From an uncultured archaeon (GTDB lineage: Archaea > Altiarchaeota > Altiarchaeia > JAFGQM01): DNA of 64,000 nt. A model generated the notes under the pieces. The model saw only the letters and a list, made by a program, of their open reading frames with translations. It had not been told where the DNA came from and ran no database searches. Positions 56,010-64,000 of the stretch are shown here, in pieces. The stretch's first letter is position 1, and each line of letters starts with the position of its first letter. The position numbers and the translations under genes are program-made. The DNA is taken from contig CAZQBY010000003.1 in NCBI GenBank assembly GCA_964592405.1, forward strand, positions 1 through 64,000. Direction: 5' to 3'.

Positions 56010-56883
56010 TTTCTGTTATATCCTTTGATATCTTCGCCACAAAGAAGAACTCTGTGTCATTATCCCATGGGTATATGCGCATACATCGCTCTGTGCCCGG
56101 CAGCAGGCCCGGGCGCGATTTTATTCTTGCGTTGACCCTCTCCAGTCTAGCCTCCCCAAAGCGCTCCAGCAGGGAGAGGATTACTGCCTCATTCTCCTCA
56201 ACAGAACTGGTACATGTAGAGTAAACCAGAACCCCGCCCGGTTTGAGAAGCTTGAAGGCTGACCTGAGGAGTCCTTTCTGAAGACTAGATATCCTCTTGG
56301 CAAATCCGGGCGTCCACATCTTTAGAACACTGGGGCTCTTTCTAGCAGAGCCCATATTGGAACATGGAACATCCACCAGTATGCGGTCAAACTGCATGAT
56401 AGTGGGGAAGCGAAGGCCATCAAAGTGTGTGACAACTGCATTCATAACACCACAGCGCTCAAGGTTGGAAACCAGGGCCTTGCGCCTCTCAGGATCCGGG
56501 TCATTGGCCACCAGCGTTCTGCAGAAGGGGGCAATCTGGGTGGATTTCGACCCGGGAGCTGCTGCTATGTCCAATACTGCATCTCCATGCTCCGGAGCCA
56601 GAACAACAGCCGGCAACATGGAAGCGGCCTCCTGAACGTAGAAGTAGCCAAGCTGGTGGGGTATAGTAGCCCCCCAAGGCCTGTTATCAACCCGGAATCC
56701 ATACTTGCACCAAGGTAGTGGCTCGGCACCCATGATATCCAGCTCGCTCCTGAAATCCCTTGGAGTTGTCCGGATGGGGTTTAATCTTATGGACTTTCGT
56801 ATGGGCTTTTTTATCCATTCCCTGAACAGGGGAAATTCATCACCCAGCAACTCCCTGTGGTAATCCAGCATCTTTTTGTTCAT
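55987..56883 (-). CDS. RsmB/NOP2-family RNA m5C methyltransferase
   Basis: YVQEAASM, DIAAAPGSKS, DVPCS, VYSTCT. Confidence 0.95.
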   Translation of the reverse strand: MNKKMLDYHRELLGDEFPLFREWIKKPIRKSIRLNPIRTTPRDFRSELDIMGAEPLPWCKYGFRVDNRPWGATIPHQLGYFYVQEAASMLPAVVLAPEHGDAVLDIAAAPGSKSTQIAPFCRTLVANDPDPERRKALVSNLERCGVMNAVVTHFDGLRFPTIMQFDRILVDVPCSNMGSARKSPSVLKMWTPGFAKRISSLQKGLLRSAFKLLKPGGVLVYSTCTSSVEENEAVILSLLERFGEARLERVNARIKSRPGLLPGTERCMRIYPWDNDTEFFFVAKISKDITENELGTQL

Positions 56884-56945
56884 TGCTTGAATTTGAATCT
56901 CATATACAAAAAACAATTTTTAAACCGACTCTTATTAATTCCCCG

Positions 56946-58628
56946 ATGCATCAAAAGTTCATTGTATTGATATTTGTAGTTGTCTTTCTGACAAACTTGG
57001 CAACAGCAGACTCTCCTTGGAGGGTAACAGAAATGAGGGCCAGAATAACATTTAGCGGAGAGGCTACCATCCAGAGAGAGGGCACCAATCCCAAGATCAA
57101 CTGGGTTGAGGGCAGGTTTTATCTTGCCCCCCTTCACCTAAACGTCCAATCACCCAAGCTGGTGGGATATATGCCGGACGAGTACAGATTTGAGGAGGAT
57201 GAGAACGGGAACAGATATGTGGTTTTCAGATGGGAAAACCCGACTGTGGACTCGCTCCCATATGCCATCGTTTGGGAGGTAGTGGTTAATGGATTCAATT
57301 ATACAATAAACTCACTGGGTGACTTGGGCAGATATGCCGACAACCTAAAAAAGTATCTGGAACCCGATGAACTGACCCTTTGGACAGGATATATGAAATC
57401 CAAGGCAGATTCCATAATTCAGGGCTCAAGAAGCGTTGTGGAGGCCGCAAAGAGGTTATGTAATTGGGTGTCATCAGCACTGTCATATGATGATGCCTAC
57501 TGGAAGATAACCGCTTCTGCACAGGAGGCATTCTCCCAGAGGAAAGGCACCTGCGATGAGTATGCCAATCTTTTCATAGCAATGTCCCGGAGTGTTGGCA
57601 TACCAACCAGATATGTTGAGGGCCTTGTTTACAGTGGTGAAAGCTGGAACTATCATGCCTGGGCTGAGGTCTATGCCAGCGGGGCATGGATTCCGGTTGA
57701 TCCAACCTACAATGAGATAGGCTTTCTTGACTCAACACACATAGCACTGGCAAAGGTGGTAAGTGATGAGGATGTTTACAACCGGATAAAATGGGCTGGT
57801 ATTGGGGTAAGGGCAAGCTTTGGAAAGGATGACAAACAAATAGAGATGACGACCGAATCCAGAGATATTCTAGAGATAAACCTGTCCGTACCGGAGAGCA
57901 TTGTGGGGTCTGAGATCTTTGATGTTGTGGCGGAAATAACCAACACGCTGAACTCGTATGCTGTGGCGACGTGTGCGATAAATATGCCAGTTGAGATGAT
58001 ACTGCTGGATTATAAGGAGAAATCCGTAATCCTTGAGCCGAGGGGTAAAGGGCGCCTCTCATGGAGGATTGCCTCACCCGGTAATTTGGACAGGAGATGG
58101 CTCCATAAGATGCCTGTCCAGATATACTGCTTCCCCAGTGGCTTTGTCAATAAGAGCATCATAATAGATCCGAGATACAGTAAGGAGATTGTGCGACAAG
58201 TCACAATATCTGATTTGGTAATTCTAAACGGAAGTACAAGCATGGTTAGGGTCAGGAATGACGGAACTGGGGAGATAAGCAAACTAAATGTCGAACTTTG
58301 CCTTGAGAACAACAATTATACGTGCAAAACCAATGTTGTCAGGGGACTTGAACCCGGCGGAACCGCTGAGGTTTTCTTTGAGATTGAGGTGGGGGACGGT
58401 GACACTGTATCGGTCACTGTTGAATCGGATGAACTCGGGGCTGTGCACAGTAAGACTACTGTCTCCGGGCTGGAGAAGGCAACAAAGAAACAGGAGGAAA
58501 CAAAGCCGCCTGTGGTACTAAAATCCATGGAGGCTCGGAAGGAGGAATGGGTTATTATTGTATTGGTAGTTATCATACTTGCCGCCATAATGTCTGCAGT
58601 TGCAGCCAGCATTATCAGGAGGGATTAA
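56946..58628 (+). CDS. Secreted transglutaminase-like domain protein with Ig domains and C-terminal TM
   Basis: GTCDEYA, HAWAEVY and DPT catalytic triad; signal peptide; C-terminal TM. Confidence 0.88.
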   Translation: MHQKFIVLIFVVVFLTNLATADSPWRVTEMRARITFSGEATIQREGTNPKINWVEGRFYLAPLHLNVQSPKLVGYMPDEYRFEEDENGNRYVVFRWENPTVDSLPYAIVWEVVVNGFNYTINSLGDLGRYADNLKKYLEPDELTLWTGYMKSKADSIIQGSRSVVEAAKRLCNWVSSALSYDDAYWKITASAQEAFSQRKGTCDEYANLFIAMSRSVGIPTRYVEGLVYSGESWNYHAWAEVYASGAWIPVDPTYNEIGFLDSTHIALAKVVSDEDVYNRIKWAGIGVRASFGKDDKQIEMTTESRDILEINLSVPESIVGSEIFDVVAEITNTLNSYAVATCAINMPVEMILLDYKEKSVILEPRGKGRLSWRIASPGNLDRRWLHKMPVQIYCFPSGFVNKSIIIDPRYSKEIVRQVTISDLVILNGSTSMVRVRNDGTGEISKLNVELCLENNNYTCKTNVVRGLEPGGTAEVFFEIEVGDGDTVSVTVESDELGAVHSKTTVSGLEKATKKQEETKPPVVLKSMEARKEEWVIIVLVVIILAAIMSAVAASIIRRD

Positions 58629-58662
58629 CTTTTTAAGATAAAATTTCTAACTAACCACTTCT

Positions 58663-58735
58663 GCGACCGTAGTCTAGCCTGGTATGACATCGGCTTGCCA
58701 AGCCGGTAGCCCGGGTTCAAATCCCGGCGGTCGCA
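58663..58735 (+). tRNA. tRNA-Gly(GCC), no intron
   Basis: GCGACCG/CGGTCGC acceptor stem; TCGGC-TTGCCAA-GCCGG anticodon arm; GGTTCAAATCC T-arm. Confidence 0.96.
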
Positions 58736-58828
58736 CCTCGTTCTTCTTTCTGTAGGTTCAGTGCACCCGCCTTATGTCAAGGTCATTCGCAGAGAATTGG
58801 TGTCCGCCTCAACATCCTGGCGGCCGGA
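58736..58828 (+). repeat. tRNA-linked repeat unit ending in a degenerate copy of the tRNA-Gly 3' end
   Basis: ATCCTGGCGGCCGGA (58814-58828) vs ATCCCGGCGGTCGCA (58721-58735), 12/15; core homologous to 32382-32439. Confidence 0.75.
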
Positions 58829-58897
58829 TGTAGGTTTCTATGAGGTTGTGGAGACTGTGGGCTTTTATTCCCCTATGTTATAAAGGATTGGAGGAGA

Positions 58898-59707
58898 ATG
58901 GACAAGAGGTTGGTTTTTGCCGCGGCCCTGGTAATCACCATCACGCTTCTACTCTCATACAATCGGCCGGTTGAGGAGGCCACTTCCCCTATTGCTCCGA
59001 CTACAACCGAGGATAACGAATCAGCGGGGACGGGCCCCATAAGGCTACCAGAGATTCAGGCTTATACCGACGCCAGACGGAGGATGGTGAAGAATCAACT
59101 GGAGGCCAGAGGCATAACCGATGAGAGGGTTCTGAAGGCCATGGAAAGCGTCCAGCGCCATGAGTTCGTCCCCGATTCGCAGAGGGGCTCGGCTTATGAA
59201 GACCATCCCCTTCCCATAGGGTACGGTCAGACAATATCCCAGCCCTACATAGTCGCCCTCATGACGCAGTCTCTGAACCTGTCGGGAGATGAGAAGGTCC
59301 TAGAGATAGGGACGGGCTCGGCCTATCAGGCAGCTGTTTTGGCCGAGATAGTGGATGAAGTCTACACTATAGAGATAATCGATGCTCTGGCGGAGAGGGC
59401 CAAGGATACGCTGCGCAGGTTGGGATACGACAATGTCAGGGTGAAGAACGCGGATGGATACTATGGATGGGAGGAGCACGCCCCCTTTGACGCGATAATC
59501 ATAACCGCTGCAGCCACCCACGTGCCCCCGCCACTGCTGGAGCAGCTCAAGGAGGGCGGCCTGCTGATAATACCCTTGGGAAGCCAGAGATACTACCAGA
59601 CTCTGACGCTGATGAAAAAGGTCGGGGAAGAGGTGGAAACCACATATATAACCGGCGTGAGGTTCGTGCCTATGACCGGGAGGGTGATGGGTGAGCAGCC
59701 AGCCTAA
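58898..59707 (+). CDS. pcm: Protein-L-isoaspartate O-methyltransferase with N-terminal membrane anchor/signal
   Basis: [46 protein letters not shown]. Confidence 0.95.
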   Translation: MDKRLVFAAALVITITLLLSYNRPVEEATSPIAPTTTEDNESAGTGPIRLPEIQAYTDARRRMVKNQLEARGITDERVLKAMESVQRHEFVPDSQRGSAYEDHPLPIGYGQTISQPYIVALMTQSLNLSGDEKVLEIGTGSAYQAAVLAEIVDEVYTIEIIDALAERAKDTLRRLGYDNVRVKNADGYYGWEEHAPFDAIIITAAATHVPPPLLEQLKEGGLLIIPLGSQRYYQTLTLMKKVGEEVETTYITGVRFVPMTGRVMGEQPA

Positions 59708-61967
59708 GGGACATGACAAGTGCGATTAGATATGCCAGTGAGGCAAGCAGAAAAACGGCGGTTATGCCAATCGATATGGCGACCAGAGCCCCTATGATGG
59801 AGCCTAGGACAGACGCGCACCCGTTGGCTGCCCAAGACCAGGGTATCAGGCTTTTGTTTATACTGTCCGCCATCCTTACTCCTACAGGGAAGGGCACCCC
59901 CAGCAAAAGGCCTATTGGGACAAGGAGGAGGAACGCTGCGACTGCGCGCAGCATTATGTCACCGCCCGGGTTCATGGCGAACAACATAGGGTAGAAGGGG
60001 ATCAAGACCGCTATGCTCACGAGCACCACCTTAATTCTACCGGCCTTCATCCTCTTGGACATTATGGAGCCGAGACCTGAGAAGAAGAGGATGGAGGAGA
60101 GTACTAGGGAGAAGGAATAGACGGGATGCCCCAGCCAGAGGGTCAGCCTCTGTATGGAGGCCATCTCGAACATCATGAAGCCCAGACCTATGGAGAAGAA
60201 ATATGCTATCATGAACCATTTTCCGCGCACCTTATCCTTTATCTTCCTGAGAGACAGCACTGGGAGGAGTATGAAGACAGCCGAGAGGATGAGAGCCTGC
60301 GCCAAGACGAAGAATATGACGAACCCGCCCTCGAAGAAAGGCTCCCATTTCTTTCCCATGCTTTCATACAGCTCTCCTATCTTATCCCACCGGAAGAAGT
60401 TGGAGAAAAATGGTTTGTCATCGGTGGTCGGTGAAACGTCAAATAGGTAGTCCCAGTTGCCGGCTAGGACCGCGGAAACGGCTTTGTGATACAGCGGCTC
60501 GGGGAATTTGTTATGGATGTTGACCTCGGACTGCTCTATGCCAGGGTAATAGACCAAGTCGTAGTTTCTCTCCTTACAGAACTCTTTTATGGTCTTTATG
60601 TCCTCATCAGTGAGCTTCTCCTTCCTCACCAGTACTGTGCTTGTTACATAAGTGCGTATCACGGCTATGTGCTCCTTTGGGTCTTCCATGGCGCTCGAGG
60701 CTATCGCGACAATCCTGAGGAGCTCCCTCGGTGGGTTCTGTAGCCATCGAGTCACCGCCAAGAAGCCATCGTCGGAGAGATGGCTTAGATATTTCCTGAA
60801 CCCCTCGACCGTGAAGATATAGTTCTCGGACATACCATATACGCCCAAGGAAGAAGACCCCACGCTCCCTGAAAGCGGAAGGACAATCAAATCGTATTCT
60901 TCTCCTGGCAGGTCTCTGGGACCGCCTATGACAACAGGGACTCCATCATACAGGTCCGAATGCCTCCGTACCGCTTCGGCCACCAAGGGATTTGATTCAA
61001 GGACCTCAGGGGAAGCGCCGTTCTCCAAGGCGACTAAGACCTCCAGACCCCCTCCCGGATTTATAATCAGCGTCCTCCCCATGGATAGCTTATAGGGCAG
61101 GGAAAGGGGCAGGTAATCCGTGAAGCCGTCTCCCGAAGGCAGCGCGCTCAGCGAGTCGCCGTCCATGGTTATGCCCAGCTGGGGCGGGATTTCACCGCGG
61201 TATCCCAGGCTCAGCCCGGGCGCCATCCGGACCCCGGGAGAGTCCACCACATCAACCCTCGACTGGACGTTCCAGGCGGTCTCTACGATGCGCGCGCCCT
61301 CGTAGTTCAGCAGCTGGTTCAGGCTCTTGTAGGGCGAGATGCTTATGGCCGGCGGGGAGAGGAGAACCAATACCAAGAGAACAGCCCAGACGCCTGATGC
61401 GATTCTGACACGAGCGGTGCGCGCAAAGGCCGGTAGTGAAGCTGCGCCCATGGCAGCCGTGGCGAATATCGTGCCCGACTCGGGAAGGACGGACATCAGC
61501 AAGAGAGCCACACCCGCCCCCAGACCGGAGCCAGCCAAGCTCGAGAAGTATATAGTATTGACCCTCTCGCTCATCCTAGTTATGGCCAGAGCGATGACAG
61601 AACCGGCGAAGAGGAAGGGAAGCGACCAGAGCACGTAATACACGGCCAAGCGCAGCAGCTGCGTCGAGTCCCACATCAATTGGTAGGGGTCGAAGGGCAT
61701 GGGGTTTGTAATCAGGAAAGAGGCTACAATTGATATGGAGAAGATGGCTGAGAGGGTTGACATCGTCTTGTCCACGTCCCCTTTCAGCAGTCTCGGGAAA
61801 ACTGAGAGGAGCGCCCCGGAGGCAGCGAAACCGAAGAGGGCTATGCTGATGACCATGAATGCGAAGTGATGCCACTGGGCTATTGAGAAAAGCCGTGTGA
61901 GGCTTATCTCCAGGACCAACGAGGAGAGTGAAATCAGGAAAACCCCCACATATAGTCGTCTGGCCAT
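59670..61967 (-). CDS. Spermidine-synthase-like polytopic membrane methyltransferase
   Basis: N- and C-terminal TM bundles; central [15 protein letters not shown] and [10 protein letters not shown] motifs. Confidence 0.8.
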   Translation of the reverse strand: MARRLYVGVFLISLSSLVLEISLTRLFSIAQWHHFAFMVISIALFGFAASGALLSVFPRLLKGDVDKTMSTLSAIFSISIVASFLITNPMPFDPYQLMWDSTQLLRLAVYYVLWSLPFLFAGSVIALAITRMSERVNTIYFSSLAGSGLGAGVALLLMSVLPESGTIFATAAMGAASLPAFARTARVRIASGVWAVLLVLVLLSPPAISISPYKSLNQLLNYEGARIVETAWNVQSRVDVVDSPGVRMAPGLSLGYRGEIPPQLGITMDGDSLSALPSGDGFTDYLPLSLPYKLSMGRTLIINPGGGLEVLVALENGASPEVLESNPLVAEAVRRHSDLYDGVPVVIGGPRDLPGEEYDLIVLPLSGSVGSSSLGVYGMSENYIFTVEGFRKYLSHLSDDGFLAVTRWLQNPPRELLRIVAIASSAMEDPKEHIAVIRTYVTSTVLVRKEKLTDEDIKTIKEFCKERNYDLVYYPGIEQSEVNIHNKFPEPLYHKAVSAVLAGNWDYLFDVSPTTDDKPFFSNFFRWDKIGELYESMGKKWEPFFEGGFVIFFVLAQALILSAVFILLPVLSLRKIKDKVRGKWFMIAYFFSIGLGFMMFEMASIQRLTLWLGHPVYSFSLVLSSILFFSGLGSIMSKRMKAGRIKVVLVSIAVLIPFYPMLFAMNPGGDIMLRAVAAFLLLVPIGLLLGVPFPVGVRMADSINKSLIPWSWAANGCASVLGSIIGALVAISIGITAVFLLASLAYLIALVMSLRLAAHPSPSRS

Positions 61968-62200
61968 TGATATTTTAGCAGCTGGGAGGATTTTAATAGA
62001 AAATTTTAAAACCCCGCCCATTACTATCACGCATTTTCAACGCCAAAATGGAACCCGCGAACCAATCTAATCCGGAGGGCGGCCAGTGCGACCTGCGTGG
62101 CGACGGGCAATGGCTTCCTATGCAGACGGATAGTCACATAGACTGGCGGCTATTTTTCTCTTTCCTTTCCTTTTTTACTCTCATTAGTTCTAACTAGGAT

Positions 62201-63217
62201 ATGAAGGAAGCCTTGCTCTGGAAGAAAGAGAAGGACAAAATCCGCTGCTCCCTCTGCAACCACCGCTGCCTTATAGCAGAGGGCAGGAGGGGCGCGTGCG
62301 CAGTGCGCGAGAACCGGGAGGGAAGGCTCTACTCGCTCGTCTACGGGAAGCTGGTCGCCGTCCACATAGACCCCATAGAAAAGAAGCCGTTGTACCACTT
62401 TTATCCGGGTCATGCCTCATTCTCCATAGCCTCCGTGGGCTGCAACTTCCGCTGTTTGTTCTGCCAGAACGCGGATATCGCTCAGCTGCCCCATGACCAC
62501 GGGGGGCTGATAGCAGGTAAGGACTACAAGGCGGAGCAGATAGTCGGCGAGGCGCGCGAGAACAGCTGCCTCAGCATCGCCTACACCTACACGGAGCCCA
62601 CGGTTTGGTATGAGTTCACAAAAGACTGCGGCAGGCTTGCGCGGAAGAAGGGCCTCAAGAACGTCTATGTTTCAAACGGCTATATGACAAGGGAGATGAT
62701 AGATGACGCTAAGTTCATAGATGCAGCAAACATAGACCTCAAGGCGTTCAATGACAACTTCTACAGAGAGATCTGCGGAGCGCGGCTGGAGCCGGTGCTG
62801 GAGAGTCTGAAGTATCTAAAGAAGAAGGGTGTATGGATAGAGGTCACCACGCTCGTGATACCCGGTAAGAACGACTCTGATGATGAGCTAAAGCAGGCGG
62901 CACAGTTCATCGCAGATGAGCTTGGAAAGGAGACGCCCTGGCACCTATCAGCCTTCCACCCAGACTACAAGATGCTGGATGTCCCGCCGACACCACTGGA
63001 GACACTGATGCGCGCATATGGTATAGGAAAGGAAGCAGGATTGAGGTATATCTACATCGGTAACATCGATAGTGAGACAGGACGCGACACCATATGTCCA
63101 AACTGTGGAGAGGTGGTGGTGAGGCGGGGATGGATGGAGGTGCTGGAGAACCGTCTTCAGGGCAGGAAACCGGGACAGTGCCCCAACTGCGGGAAGCTGG
63201 TGGCCGGGTGGTTCTAG
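62201..63217 (+). CDS. amrS: AmmeMemoRadiSam system radical SAM enzyme
   Basis: CSLCNHRC, DPIEKKPLYHF, GCNFRCLFCQN, AYTYTEP, C-terminal CPNCG. Confidence 0.93.
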   Translation: MKEALLWKKEKDKIRCSLCNHRCLIAEGRRGACAVRENREGRLYSLVYGKLVAVHIDPIEKKPLYHFYPGHASFSIASVGCNFRCLFCQNADIAQLPHDHGGLIAGKDYKAEQIVGEARENSCLSIAYTYTEPTVWYEFTKDCGRLARKKGLKNVYVSNGYMTREMIDDAKFIDAANIDLKAFNDNFYREICGARLEPVLESLKYLKKKGVWIEVTTLVIPGKNDSDDELKQAAQFIADELGKETPWHLSAFHPDYKMLDVPPTPLETLMRAYGIGKEAGLRYIYIGNIDSETGRDTICPNCGEVVVRRGWMEVLENRLQGRKPGQCPNCGKLVAGWF

Positions 63218-63248
63218 CGGTTTTTATACCAATTGTTTCTAAATAACC

Positions 63249-63365
63249 GACCAACGGCCATAGCGGGGTGGTCACACCTGGTCTCATCTCGAACCCAGAA
63301 GTTAAGAACCCCAGCGATCCGGCCGGTACTGCGCAACGCGTGGGAAATCCGGGACGCTGTTGGTC
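63249..63365 (+). rRNA. rrf: 5S rRNA (unlinked)
   Basis: GACCAACGGC/GCTGTTGGTC helix I; CTCATCTCGAACCCAGAAGTTAAG conserved loop; TTTATA upstream. Confidence 0.93.
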
Positions 63366-63663
63366 ACTTCATTCTTTCTTCCAAAGAAAACGAAGGATTT
63401 GTCTTTGGTGAACTTATGTGTTTTGCCTTTGTTAGGTTTGCAGGCTGATTAAAACGGCCCGATCCCTCCCAACAGGTTTTTATTGCTGGATACATGAATA
63501 TTCTGTGGCCTATTTGGCTTTGTAATGAGGCGAGCGCGCATGAGACACCGGCCAGAACCGTATAGATAATCGCATACAGCACAGTTCATGCCTCGGCCAG
63601 AGCCCAAGCAGACCCATTGGAAACCCCGCGCTCAACAAATAATAAAAGGAGGTTTGTCTCCCG

Positions 63664-64000
63664 ATGACAAAAAAGGGCATGCAGAACAGTATGCTGCACA
63701 AGTTGATTGCTTCACCAAAGGAGAGGATGTCAGTTTTCAGGGAGATGCCTCCAAACACCCAGGGATTTATACTTCTGAATCTGTCAAAACACATCCGATC
63801 CGAGATACTTAGCAAATTGAAAGATCAGGAGGTAATAGATCTGCTGCATTATCTGGATCCGGACGAAGCGACTGATCTGTTACAGAACATTCCGCCCCGC
63901 AGGAGAAAAAAAATCATAAAAAGACTAAGCAGGGACATAAGGGAGAAAGTGGAATTCCTTCTTAGGTTTGATCCGAGAACTGCAGCAGGCATAATGAGTC
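63664..64000 (+). CDS. mgtE: Magnesium transporter MgtE (N-terminal part, truncated by the window edge)
   Basis: Manual translation gives LHYLDPDEATDLLQ...LLRFDPRTAAGIMS; AGGAGG upstream. Confidence 0.85.
   Translation, partial: MTKKGMQNSMLHKLIASPKERMSVFREMPPNTQGFILLNLSKHIRSEILSKLKDQEVIDLLHYLDPDEATDLLQNIPPRRRKKIIKRLSRDIREKVEFLLRFDPRTAAGIMS

Noticed and set aside
62040-62150. GC-rich intergenic stretch as a possible ncRNA
   Set aside because: Only short weak stems and no recognisable family motif.
63588-63812. 74-aa ORF, or an M-box riboswitch upstream of mgtE
   Set aside because: The ORF overlaps the mgtE frame that starts at 63664; no M-box consensus was recognised.

Overview
Archaeal chromosomal segment, roughly 50% GC by eye. 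The archaeal assignment rests on rpl15e, hjc, RNase P Rpp30, two purP genes, archaeal-type proS, tRNA introns with bulge-helix-bulge motifs and an unlinked 5S rRNA. Cys-rich CGDG surface proteins and a stand-alone Dph2 N-terminal domain suggest a DPANN-like lineage (inference only). Main blocks: (i) two winged-helix genes bracketed by AT-rich islands, with three copies of a palindrome; (ii) the lower archaeal (Aeropyrum-type) mevalonate pathway (IPK, UbiX, AcnX small and large subunits, UbiD), interrupted by an AbiE-type toxin-antitoxin pair that is flanked by a perfect 27-bp direct repeat; (iii) a two-subunit group 3b-like [NiFe]-hydrogenase with a reduced maturation set (HypA, a His-to-Gln HypC, a DUF6390-like protein, a small protease); (iv) a glucosylglycerate-type compatible-solute locus with a GH15 hydrolase, near a cation-chloride cotransporter; (v) three tRNA genes, two with long hairpin-containing introns, each followed by a ~90-105 bp unit that ends in a copy of the tRNA 3' end, with a core shared between loci; (vi) pcm, a membrane methyltransferase, amrS, 5S rRNA and a partial mgtE. 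No CRISPR array, cas gene, integrase or transposase was seen. All family calls come from motif recognition, not database searches.
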